A stretch of DNA of 23,860 bases from Gemmatimonadota bacterium (GCA_039586365.1 JBDHKN010000071.1:1-23860); one strand, 5' to 3'; shown: positions 1 through 8,115, numbered from the stretch's first letter. A program made the numbers and translations. The notes: generated by a model from the letters alone, not told the origin.

Positions 1-263
1 GCACTCTGGCGCGCCAGTCCCATTCCCAGCATTTGTGAGACGGTGGATTTGTCCTTTTTGATTATCTCCCCCGCTTTGTCGAACTCACCATTAGCCAACA
101 TGGGTTGAAGCACATTCCACATTTTGCGGTTCACGCTCCGGGTGCGAGCCAAATGAAACCAGCGCTCGACCGTAATGACCACGCCGGCCACGAACACGAG
201 CAGAATGGGGTACATGAACAACCCACCCTTCTGGAAAAACGCCACCATTGAATAAATTTCCAT
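1..263 (-). CDS. MotA/TolQ/ExbB proton-channel family protein, second paralog (partial, runs off the window)
   Basis: Not in the ORF track. Translated by hand from the ATG at 263: MEIYSMVAFFQKGGLFMYPILLVFVAGVVITVERWFHLARTRSVNRKMWNVLQPMLANGEFDKAGEIIKKDKSTVSQMLGMGLARQS. AGGAGG RBS at 270-275. 56/87 residues identical to the ExbB-like protein at 2854..3504. Confidence 0.92.
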   Translation of the reverse strand, partial: MEIYSMVAFFQKGGLFMYPILLVFVAGVVITVERWFHLARTRSVNRKMWNVLQPMLANGEFDKAGEIIKKDKSTVSQMLGMGLARQS

Positions 264-334
264 TACTTTCCTCCTAAAACCTGACAATCAATGACCTCAA
301 TCTTTTGTCTCATGTATTGACTCCATTCTCTTTC

Positions 335-1858
335 CTAGCCGGCGGGCAAGAAGTCGATCGGGTATAGGATGGTGAGCCTCGGGACACCTTCTTTCGGACC
401 AAAGTTGAACTTTTTGATGCGTTCAACAATCTTGGCTACCAGTTCTGGCGAGGCCAGATCTGTAGACTCCACTTCACACATGGACACCACACCACTTGTT
501 TCGATGCTCATTCGCAGCAATAACTTCCCACGCAGTGTTGGGTCCTTGCGCAATTCCTTATTGTAGATCCGATAAAGCGCCGCCTTATACCGATCGAATA
601 CGATCTGGATTTCTTCGTCAGTTCGGCCCGGAGCAGGCCCATCGCTCAGCGGCCTAGACGATTCCTCCAAACCCGCAATGTTGCTTTCCACCCGCACAAA
701 GCCTACGCCGCTGCCGCTGCCGCTTCCACTACCTGTGCCGATACCGCCACCACCGAGCCGGTCGACATTGCCGCTTCCGACGTTGCGACTGACCCCGGCA
801 TAGCCGATTCCACCGCTGGAGCCGCTCTGCGCCTGCATGGCCACCAGCGAGCGCTGAGGCACAGCCTGCCCTGCCACCCGCGGGCTTTGTTTGCTCAGAC
901 GGGCCTCGGTGCCGAGTTTTGCAACGGGAGTTTCGTTCATCAGATCAGCAAAAGTGTCCTTGAACGCCAGAACACCGACGCGTTCCGCTTTTTCCCGCGC
1001 TGCTGACGCTCCTCCGCCGGCATCAGGGACCACTTTCGGCGGTTTATCCGGCTTTTGTTGTTCAGGCCGGGGTTTGGGCTCTTTCTTGACCGATTTCGGC
1101 TCCTCCTTAGGTGGCTTCGGCTCTTCCTTAGGTGGCTTCGGCTCTTCCTTGGGTGGCTTCGGCTCTTCCTTGGGTGGCTTCGACACCGGTTTCGGCATTG
1201 TCGCCGGCCTAGGCGGCTCCTTCTTGACCAGCTTGGCCAATCGTTCCGGAATCTCGACCTCGGCGATGGAGCGATCCGGTATTGGCACTTTAATCAGGGA
1301 AATGAGAGAGCCAAAAACAAGGCATACCAGCAACGCCACGAGAACGGCGCGGCGCAAGCGCCTTTCGCTCTCAGCGTCCTTGGTCCAGGGCATGAGCATC
1401 GCGCGGAAAGGAACGGGCGAAATCTCCCGCTCTATGACGAACTCCTCCTTGCGCCGTTCTTCACGGTCGTATGCATCACGCACCTGTTCGTAGAGGATAT
1501 CCAATTCGTCGATGCATTGGTTGATCTGCTCCTGGAGAGACGCTTGTTTTTCCAGAATCTCGCGGATCTCCCCCTCGAAGTGGGCAATACGGCCCCGCAC
1601 ACGTTTCATATGTCCGGCGGCATCTTTGGCCTCCGGAATTCCTTCCCAAAAGAGTTCATCCGCTTTCAGTTCCCCTAGCTTGTCGAGTGCATTGCAGACG
1701 TCCTGCAAGGCATCAAACCGCTGTTTATCGGAGGAAAACGTTTCGAACTCTGCCTCTACAACGCGCAACTCACCTTCGAGCGCCTCTCGTTTTTGCCGGG
1801 CTTGCTCGATCTGCGCGTTCAGTGGCGCCAATTCCTGTTCTAATAAAGATGTATTCAC
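335..1858 (-). CDS. TonB-like energy transducer with an AgmX/PglI (GltG-type) C-terminal domain
   Basis: 507 aa, GTG start. N-terminal coiled coil, one TM helix (AVLVALLVCLVFGSLISLI), Pro/Lys/Glu-rich linker, Gly-rich segment, and a TonB-C-like end (RTDEEIQIVFDRYKAALYRIYNKELRKDPTLRGKLLLRMSIETSGVV...FNFG...ILYPIDF). Directly follows two ExbD genes. Confidence 0.85.
   Translation of the reverse strand: MNTSLLEQELAPLNAQIEQARQKREALEGELRVVEAEFETFSSDKQRFDALQDVCNALDKLGELKADELFWEGIPEAKDAAGHMKRVRGRIAHFEGEIREILEKQASLQEQINQCIDELDILYEQVRDAYDREERRKEEFVIEREISPVPFRAMLMPWTKDAESERRLRRAVLVALLVCLVFGSLISLIKVPIPDRSIAEVEIPERLAKLVKKEPPRPATMPKPVSKPPKEEPKPPKEEPKPPKEEPKPPKEEPKSVKKEPKPRPEQQKPDKPPKVVPDAGGGASAAREKAERVGVLAFKDTFADLMNETPVAKLGTEARLSKQSPRVAGQAVPQRSLVAMQAQSGSSGGIGYAGVSRNVGSGNVDRLGGGGIGTGSGSGSGSGVGFVRVESNIAGLEESSRPLSDGPAPGRTDEEIQIVFDRYKAALYRIYNKELRKDPTLRGKLLLRMSIETSGVVSMCEVESTDLASPELVAKIVERIKKFNFGPKEGVPRLTILYPIDFLPAG
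1095..1178. repeat. Four tandem 21-bp repeats encoding (KPPKEEP)x4
   Basis: Unit TTCGGCTCYTCCTTRGGTGGC starts at 1095, 1116, 1137 and 1158. Confidence 0.95.
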
Positions 1859-1868
1859 GGCATTCCCA

Positions 1869-2363
1869 TTAGCTTTGGACGGTCTTCTGAATGACGGCGA
1901 GGGAAATCCTTCCGTATCCAGAATCCGTGCAGGTTGACATTATTTTTTTAAGCACTTTGAACGGAATCGTTTTATCAGCGAGGATAGTCACTTCCTTGCT
2001 CTGAGCAACCGTCTTGGTGCTTATACCGATAATATTGCGTTCAAGCTGCTCCAGTCGTTCTGTTATTTCAGTAACCGTCTGAATTCTGTCCTCAAGAAGC
2101 TCAGGGGTGGGGATCACGGCTTCTCCCTGAACCACTACCACCTCGGGGCTGACCATGATTACTACTGTCTCCCTTGGCTTGGTCTCGACAACGGAATCGG
2201 GCAGCTTGATCTGCCTGGGCGTTTCCAGAATATCACTGCCGGATGAGTGGAAAAGCAGAAAGAACACCAGTATGGTAAAAACATCCATCAGCGGTGTCAG
2301 ATTCAAACCTGTAACCTTTCTCTTTCCACGCCCCATCCGTTTCATGCGTCTGCTATTTTTCAT
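1869..2363 (-). CDS. ExbD/TolR family biopolymer transport subunit (AglQ/AglS-like), canonical Asp retained
   Basis: 164 aa. Basic N-tail, TM motif LNLTPLMDVFTILVFFLL (Asp27), and C-terminal ILADKTIPFKVLKKIMSTC...GYGRISLAV typical of ExbD. ATGA overlap with the upstream gene at 2360-2363. Confidence 0.92.
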   Translation of the reverse strand: MKNSRRMKRMGRGKRKVTGLNLTPLMDVFTILVFFLLFHSSGSDILETPRQIKLPDSVVETKPRETVVIMVSPEVVVVQGEAVIPTPELLEDRIQTVTEITERLEQLERNIIGISTKTVAQSKEVTILADKTIPFKVLKKIMSTCTDSGYGRISLAVIQKTVQS

Positions 2364-2851
2364 GGCGCGTCTCCTATGGATATGTCGGGAAAAAGTACCA
2401 TTTTCTGAACCTCTTCGCTCCCTTCCACCTGCACTTCGGCACCACGCACCGCATCCATGACCTGGATCAGATAGTCGTACTCTATTTCCGGTTCCATCAA
2501 GACGGTCGCGTCTTCCTTCTCCGGGTACCGAGCCTTAAGGCGCACAAGCATTTCGGACAACATCTTCATATCGTACTGACCGTCTTTTTTCGGTATTGCG
2601 GCTTCCACGGACGACCCATTGCCAATCTCCAGTCCTGCCTCACGTACAATCACCTCGATAGCGAAATTTGGTGTCTTTGAAGCCGATCCGCCTGCGCTTG
2701 TCGGAACGGTCAACTCCATGATCGTAACGCGCGAAAAGACGGCACTAATGAGTAAAAACGGTATGAGCACCACCATCAGGTTCAAGAAAGTGGTGACCTC
2801 CAGCCCGCGTGTTTCATCCCTTCTCCGTTTATTATGATGTCGTCTGGTCAT
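2360..2851 (-). CDS. ExbD/TolR family biopolymer transport subunit (AglQ/AglS-like), Asn in place of the canonical Asp
   Basis: 163 aa. Basic N-tail, TM motif LEVTTFLNLMVVLIPFLLISAVF, and periplasmic EPEIEYDYLIQVMDAVR matching the ExbD pattern. Starts 2 nt after the ExbB stop. Confidence 0.88.
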   Translation of the reverse strand: MTRRHHNKRRRDETRGLEVTTFLNLMVVLIPFLLISAVFSRVTIMELTVPTSAGGSASKTPNFAIEVIVREAGLEIGNGSSVEAAIPKKDGQYDMKMLSEMLVRLKARYPEKEDATVLMEPEIEYDYLIQVMDAVRGAEVQVEGSEEVQKMVLFPDISIGDAP

Positions 2852-2853
2852 GA

Positions 2854-3504
2854 TCAGCTCCTATCGAATTGGCGCTTGGTGAAATTGGAGATGGTATTCA
2901 GCGCCTTGACCGATGCCATCTCCAGACTGTCCACGATCTGACCTGTGGTCGATGTGAGCTTGGCATGGAGAAGTAGAAGCGGAATCGCGGACATCAGACC
3001 AAATGCCGTGGTGTTCATCGCCACCGAGATGCTCGCGGAGAGCAGATCGGCCTTCTCGGCGGGGTTTGCATTGGCAACCGCGGTAAAGGCCTCGATCAGC
3101 CCCATAATGGTGCCGAGCAGTCCCAGCAGTGTAGCGATATTAGAGAGCAGAGCCACGTACGGCGTGCGCTTCTCCAACTGCGGGATGATCTCCATCATAC
3201 TCTCCTCCATGGCGATTTCGATGTCTTCGCGACGCTGGACAGCACCCTGGCGCGCCAGTCCCATTCCCAGCATTTGCGCCATGCTGCATTTGTCCTTGTT
3301 GACCATTTGCCGGGCCTTGTCGAACTCTCCCTTGACCAGCACTGGATGCAGCAGGTTCCATAATTTGTGGTTCGCGATCCAGATACGGTTCAACTGAATC
3401 CAGCGCTCAAATACGATGGCCATGCCAACCGCAAACACAAGCAGAATGGGGTACATGAACAATCCACCCTTTTGGAAAAACGCCACCATCGAATAGAATT
3501 CCAT
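2854..3504 (-). CDS. MotA/TolQ/ExbB proton-channel family protein (AglR-like)
   Basis: Start moved to the ATG at 3504 (AGGAGG at 3511-3516, and the paralog at 263 starts identically), giving 216 aa. Family motifs GGLFMYPIL...ERW, ATLLGLLGTIMGLIEAF and ISVAMNTTAFGLMSAIP. Confidence 0.95.
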   Translation of the reverse strand: MEFYSMVAFFQKGGLFMYPILLVFAVGMAIVFERWIQLNRIWIANHKLWNLLHPVLVKGEFDKARQMVNKDKCSMAQMLGMGLARQGAVQRREDIEIAMEESMMEIIPQLEKRTPYVALLSNIATLLGLLGTIMGLIEAFTAVANANPAEKADLLSASISVAMNTTAFGLMSAIPLLLLHAKLTSTTGQIVDSLEMASVKALNTISNFTKRQFDRS

Positions 3505-3539
3505 CACTTTCCTCCTTCCTCCCAAACGGGACAACGAAC

Positions 3540-3827
3540 CTATTTCGCGGTGCTGACTCGATAAAATTCAAGCTGCCGCATGAAAACGTCCCGATCCACA
3601 GGTACATCACCCTCGTTCAGCATCATGTCCAAGCTCGTCTCCACACCGATTTCTGAGCTTTTCCAGGGAACGATATAAAGGGACTTCGGGGCTTCATCGT
3701 TACCTACGATGGACATACCGGATAGCTCCTTGGCTTCCGATTCCTTGTCCTTATCCACATCCTGAGCCATGGCCATGACGGCCGGGAACAGGACCACACA
3801 CAGGCATAGAACCAATTTGCGATACAT
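3540..3827 (-). CDS. Small exported protein, positionally GltF-like
   Basis: 95 aa with a Sec signal peptide (MYRKLVLCLCVVLFPAVMAMA|QD) and a strong RBS AAGGAGG at 3832-3838. Lies between the GltE-like TPR gene and the motor genes. Confidence 0.8.
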   Translation of the reverse strand: MYRKLVLCLCVVLFPAVMAMAQDVDKDKESEAKELSGMSIVGNDEAPKSLYIVPWKSSEIGVETSLDMMLNEGDVPVDRDVFMRQLEFYRVSTAK

Positions 3828-3836
3828 AGTCCCTCC

Positions 3837-4529
3837 TTAGTTGCGTCCAAGCCGGGCGCGCAGATCGGCGATCCACAATTGAACCTGTTTATCTTCGGGC
3901 CTGGCCTCGCTGTAAATCTCGTATTGCTCGAGGGCGCAGGCCAGGTCATTCAGATACAGGTCGCAGAGAATCCCGAGATTTCTGTGCACCGGGTAATAAT
4001 CCGGAAAGCGCGCGATCGCCTTCTCATAAATCGCCCGGGCCTCGGCAAATCGTCCGGTTTTGCGATACAACAAACCGTATTCATTACATGCCACCGGGTG
4101 CTCTGGAACCAAGCGCAGCGCTGCTTTAAGATGCTCCTCGGCTTGCTCCAGTTTGCCAATATGCTTATAAGCAATCGCAATATTGATATAGGGCGCCGTG
4201 ACGCCTGGTGACTGCTCGATGACTTTTTCCAGAAGGTTGATGGCTTGGCCATATTCCTGGTCATTCAGCATTGCGACGGCACGCTGGAAGCCTCTGCGAG
4301 AAGCCTCATCCATTTGAGGAGTTTCCATGATAATGAATCCTTCCCGGCCATCCTCGAGTCGCTCCACAGAGAAATTCTTGGCCATGGAGGGTTCCTGAAC
4401 AACCGGGGTCGGCTTGACCTTTCCATCGGTTGCGCACCCGGCAAGAACCGACAGCACCATCGCCAGGATTACGAATCCGACGTACGTTCGTGTTTTTGAC
4501 CACCGTAACATTCTTATATGCATGCCCAT
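3837..4529 (-). CDS. TPR lipoprotein (GltE/AglT-like)
   Basis: Start moved to the ATG at 4529 (GAGGAGG at 4538-4544), giving 230 aa. Lipobox LAGC (Cys32), then TPR helices (PYINIAIAY..GKLEQAEEHLKAAL; ACNEYGLLYRKTGRFAEARAIYEKAI; VHRNLGILCDLYL). Confidence 0.88.
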   Translation of the reverse strand: MGMHIRMLRWSKTRTYVGFVILAMVLSVLAGCATDGKVKPTPVVQEPSMAKNFSVERLEDGREGFIIMETPQMDEASRRGFQRAVAMLNDQEYGQAINLLEKVIEQSPGVTAPYINIAIAYKHIGKLEQAEEHLKAALRLVPEHPVACNEYGLLYRKTGRFAEARAIYEKAIARFPDYYPVHRNLGILCDLYLNDLACALEQYEIYSEARPEDKQVQLWIADLRARLGRN

Positions 4530-4563
4530 ATCGATCGCCTCCTCGTCGCTCGATCCGTACCCG

Positions 4564-7500
4564 TTAGGGGCGGCCTCCTTGGCCGCCCTGGGCAGGCACA
4601 AGGGCCTGCCCCTGCATTTGCGTCTGTTTGCGTGCATCGGTCGGGTGTTCGGTCTGGGCCGGTTCTTCAACCTGTACAGGCTCTGCGGGTTCAACCTCCA
4701 AGACAGACCCAGGTTCCTCGATCTGCACAGGCTCCGTGGGTTCAGCTTCCGCAGCCGCTTCAGGTTCTTCAACCTGCACAGGCTCCGTGGGTTCAGCTTC
4801 TGTGGCTGCCCCAGTTTTTTCAACCTGTGCAGGCTCTGCGGGTTCGACGTCCAAGACAGACCCAGGTTCCTCGATCTGCACAGGCTCCGTGGGTTCAGCT
4901 TCCGCAGCCGCTTCAGGTTCTTCAACCTGTAAAGGCTCTGCGGGCTCGACTTCAATGACAGACCCAGATTCGTCGACTTGTGCGGACCCCGAAGGTTCGG
5001 CCTCCGTAACAGAACCGGGTTCACCGACCTGCCTAGGCTTTGAGGATTCGGACTCCGCAGCTGTAGCCTCTCCGGATTCCGCTTTCGCTGTTGTTGCCGA
5101 CCTGTCAATTTCGAAAATGTAAGTTTCCAGCGAACTGACGATGCTGCTGGTCTCTTCCGGCTTGTCATAGCGGGCAGGTACGAATTCTGCCAATTTCTGC
5201 AGGCTCTTTTCGATCCACACATTGTAGACACCCCGGGGAATCAGCTTGAGGTTGCTCTCGTGGACATCGATGGCCTTCTCTTCGAACGGATAGGCCTGCT
5301 CTTCGATGGCCAGTTCGTACCGCGCCAGCTCCGAGGGACTCAGCCCTTCGGGACGCTCCGACGTCATCAGGGCTTTGCTGAAGTGGGCATAGATCTCGCC
5401 CAGATAGAAGGTCGCGGCGGTAGTGACCTCTCCAAATTCATAATCCATGAGCTGGCTAAATTTCTGCGTCGCCGTCTTCATCAGCTCTCGCTTCTTGCGC
5501 AGATTATCCTCAAAGGGTCTTACCAGCCTGACGGCCACGAACGCGTCATAGCTCGATTCGGCCAGCACCAAGGCGGCTTGCGCGGCAAGAGAGCGGGTCC
5601 GCGGGGTTCGGGTGCTCCCCGCTGAGGCGTCGATCGCGACGATCTTAGCGAGTTCGTTCAGATAGGATTCCCTATCGTTCTGCCCCTTCAGAATCTCGGC
5701 GATTTTGTTGCGCGTCTCTAGGTTGATCTCCACGGGTTGCGAGAAATAATCCACATAGCGCCGGTAAACCTCGAGCGCACGAATGCTGTTGCCATCCTCT
5801 TCATGCAATTCCCCCGCGACCAGGAGGGCCTCCCTTCTGATCTCGTCGTCCTGGGATTCCCGTTCAATGCGTTCATATTCATTGGCGGCCAGAGAGAGCT
5901 GACCGTTTTCCCTGTATACATAGGCCATCTTCTTGGTCACCTCGGGCTGCAACTCGTGCCCCGGGAAGCTGTTGCGGAATCCCACCAGCACCGTAGCGGC
6001 CATCTCCCAATCCTCCAGCTGGATCAAGGCTGCGGCAGCGTCGTATTCGGCGGTCGGCCTGATTTTTGAGGTTGGTGCTGTGCGACCCACCCGCAGGAAG
6101 TGGTCCGCCGCAACCCGATAATCTTCGACGGCATTGGCCTGTTCCCCCTGCTTGTAAATGGATGCCGCAAGGTTGTCGACCAGGTCCTCGTGCGTCTTGT
6201 CTCCTGCAGGCAGCATAGCCAACACATTCAGATAAGCGGTCTCGGCCTCGCTGTATCGCAGGAGCTCATAACAAGAATGACCAGTGACCAACCAGGCCGC
6301 GCGAAGGACATCAACATCGGTGCTGGGGAATACGTCAATGAGCTTGTTCGCGGCCGCCAGTGCCTTTTCATATTCCTTCATACCGTAAAGATCATCCGCG
6401 GCAGCGCCGAGGACGATCGCCGCCTTCTCGTGCTGTGGGAAGGTATCGGCAAACTTCAACGAACTGCGGACAACTTCGCGCTTGACCGTATCCATGTCCT
6501 CCGGCTTGACGGCACCAAGATGCTCCCTGTATGCGTAGACGGCCGCGTAGCCGGCTTCGGAGGATTTTTCGTGGGGCGGGTAGTCATACGCGGTCTTCTC
6601 GTATTCCACGGCCGCTGCGCCGAATGACTGGTTTTCCAGCAGCAGATCCGCCATCTGGTAGTTGATCGTTGGCGATTCTATGTCCATGGGGAACGAGACC
6701 AGGAACTCCCGATACCAGCGCTGAGCCTCTTCGAAATTCGCCGCCTTCTCTTCTGCCTGTCGCGGGTCCCGGTAGCCTGCGTGATAATGATTTGCCAGGT
6801 CGGTCAAGTTGGTTTTCAGGTAACCCAAGACGTCCGGACGATCGCTCGGCTCGAAATACTTCCAGTATTCGGCCTTCAGGCCATAGGTCGTGGCGAATTT
6901 CTTCTTGGAGTCAAGGACCAGACTGGGGAACCCGCCGGCGGCATGAATATCGATAACCCGCATATGGAAGTTCGGCGCCACCTTGTGGAACGGGTTACGG
7001 CTCACGAAGGCGTTGTAGGTTGCACAGGCATCGGCGTAACGACGCTTATCGAAGTAGAATTCGGCGAGGTTGCTGTATACCCTGTCCTCGTAACTGCGCT
7101 TCCCGTGGCGTGAGAAATATTCCATCACAGAATCGGCACCGCCGAGATTGGAGAAACTCAAACTGATGACGCGGAAGGTGTCTTCCATGCGCTTGCGTTC
7201 CGGCTCATCTTCGGTCTGTGCGAAGTCGTATCCGACGGATACCTTGTAATCGAGCAGCGCAATGAATGGATGCAAGGCGTCTTCATAGAGCTCCTGCTTG
7301 TAGAACGTCCAACCCAATTTATACAAGGCGAGGTCGTAGAAGAGGGAACCAATACCAATATCCACGATGCTCGTATAGGCGTCCTCGGCATTGAGGTAGC
7401 GCTTGCGCACAAAGAAGTATTCAGCACGCCGGAACTGCACTTCATCGATATATCGGGACCGAGGGAAGTCGCTGACCATCCGGTCCATAACCTCCATGGC

Positions 7501-8115
7501 CTGCTTAGTCTCTCCCAGTTCCTCGTACGCGCGGGACATCTGGTAGAGTACCTGGTCGTTGCGTTCGTATAAGGGGTAATCATTGAGAAGTTTCGTGTAG
7601 AGCTCGATGGCCTCGCGGGCACTTGCCCTTTCGAGATCATCAACGCCTTCGGCAGGCCCGTCAGCGGCCGCTGCCATACCGGCCACCTGCTGCGTCTGGG
7701 TCGCCCGTCTTTCAAAGTCTGCCTCGGACTCGTCGTGAATCCGAATGTGCGCCGATCCCTGGGCCGACGGCTCACTGGGGGCCGAAGTGCTCCCCGGACG
7801 CGCCGCGCGTTCCGGGGCAGGCAACGCCGGTGCCCGCCAGTCAGGCTCGGCACCCTCGGTGAGGGTGCCGTATTCTCTTTCGATCTTCAGGTCGGCCAAG
7901 CGACGAATGGCCTCGGGCGCCAAGGCTGAGTCCGGAGTCTCCTCCAGAAAGCGCTGATAACTCAGCATCGCTTTCTCGAGCCCGCCTTCGATCTTCTCCT
8001 CCTTGATCTCGATTTGCATATGACGTAACTTGGCAATCGTATCCTTGTTGCTGATCGATTGACAGGCAACAAGCATCACCAGTAGCGCCAATATGAAAAG
8101 TCTGATCCAGTTCAT
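4564..8115 (-). CDS. Large TPR lipoprotein (GltD/AgmU-like) with an acidic repetitive C-terminal tail
   Basis: 1183 aa. Lipobox LVAC (Cys18) and many BamD/YbgF-style TPR units (DQVLYQMSRAY, EVQFRRAEYFF, ALYKLGWTFYKQ, AEYDAAAALI). ATGA overlap with the upstream gene at 8112-8115. Confidence 0.9.
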   Translation of the reverse strand: MNWIRLFILALLVMLVACQSISNKDTIAKLRHMQIEIKEEKIEGGLEKAMLSYQRFLEETPDSALAPEAIRRLADLKIEREYGTLTEGAEPDWRAPALPAPERAARPGSTSAPSEPSAQGSAHIRIHDESEADFERRATQTQQVAGMAAAADGPAEGVDDLERASAREAIELYTKLLNDYPLYERNDQVLYQMSRAYEELGETKQAMEVMDRMVSDFPRSRYIDEVQFRRAEYFFVRKRYLNAEDAYTSIVDIGIGSLFYDLALYKLGWTFYKQELYEDALHPFIALLDYKVSVGYDFAQTEDEPERKRMEDTFRVISLSFSNLGGADSVMEYFSRHGKRSYEDRVYSNLAEFYFDKRRYADACATYNAFVSRNPFHKVAPNFHMRVIDIHAAGGFPSLVLDSKKKFATTYGLKAEYWKYFEPSDRPDVLGYLKTNLTDLANHYHAGYRDPRQAEEKAANFEEAQRWYREFLVSFPMDIESPTINYQMADLLLENQSFGAAAVEYEKTAYDYPPHEKSSEAGYAAVYAYREHLGAVKPEDMDTVKREVVRSSLKFADTFPQHEKAAIVLGAAADDLYGMKEYEKALAAANKLIDVFPSTDVDVLRAAWLVTGHSCYELLRYSEAETAYLNVLAMLPAGDKTHEDLVDNLAASIYKQGEQANAVEDYRVAADHFLRVGRTAPTSKIRPTAEYDAAAALIQLEDWEMAATVLVGFRNSFPGHELQPEVTKKMAYVYRENGQLSLAANEYERIERESQDDEIRREALLVAGELHEEDGNSIRALEVYRRYVDYFSQPVEINLETRNKIAEILKGQNDRESYLNELAKIVAIDASAGSTRTPRTRSLAAQAALVLAESSYDAFVAVRLVRPFEDNLRKKRELMKTATQKFSQLMDYEFGEVTTAATFYLGEIYAHFSKALMTSERPEGLSPSELARYELAIEEQAYPFEEKAIDVHESNLKLIPRGVYNVWIEKSLQKLAEFVPARYDKPEETSSIVSSLETYIFEIDRSATTAKAESGEATAAESESSKPRQVGEPGSVTEAEPSGSAQVDESGSVIEVEPAEPLQVEEPEAAAEAEPTEPVQIEEPGSVLDVEPAEPAQVEKTGAATEAEPTEPVQVEEPEAAAEAEPTEPVQIEEPGSVLEVEPAEPVQVEEPAQTEHPTDARKQTQMQGQALVPAQGGQGGRP
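4648..5055. repeat. Eight degenerate 51-bp (17-aa) tandem repeats, consensus E-A/V-E-P-A/T-E-P-x-Q-V/I-E-E-P-x-x-x-x
   Basis: Units: ESESSKPRQVGEPGSVT, EAEPSGSAQVDESGSVI, EVEPAEPLQVEEPEAAA, EAEPTEPVQIEEPGSVL, DVEPAEPAQVEKTGAAT, EAEPTEPVQVEEPEAAA, EAEPTEPVQIEEPGSVL, EVEPAEPVQVEEPAQTE. 4697-4776 is identical to 4850-4929 (80 bp, 153-bp offset). Confidence 0.93.

Noticed and set aside
1869..3504. Ordinary TonB-ExbBD uptake locus, Tol-Pal locus or flagellar MotAB
   Set aside because: No plug-type TonB-dependent receptor, TolB, Pal or flagellar gene is in the window. Two ExbDs, TPR lipoproteins and an AgmX/PglI-type transducer fit the Agl-Glt-like class better.
4533..4555. Small stems around RBSs (GATCG...CGATC at 4533-4555; TCCC-AAAC-GGGA at 3520-3531)
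   Set aside because: Stems of 4-5 bp are too short to distinguish from chance without conservation data.
4648..5055. Possible CRISPR array or mobile-element repeats (also 1095-1178)
   Set aside because: The units are contiguous, multiples of three, in frame within proteins and have no unique spacers; no cas or transposase genes are present.
3837..5231. 464-aa version of the TPR gene with a long basic repetitive N-terminus
   Set aside because: The extension is an alternative-frame reading of the upstream gene's repeat tail. A strong RBS and lipoprotein signal place the start at 4529.
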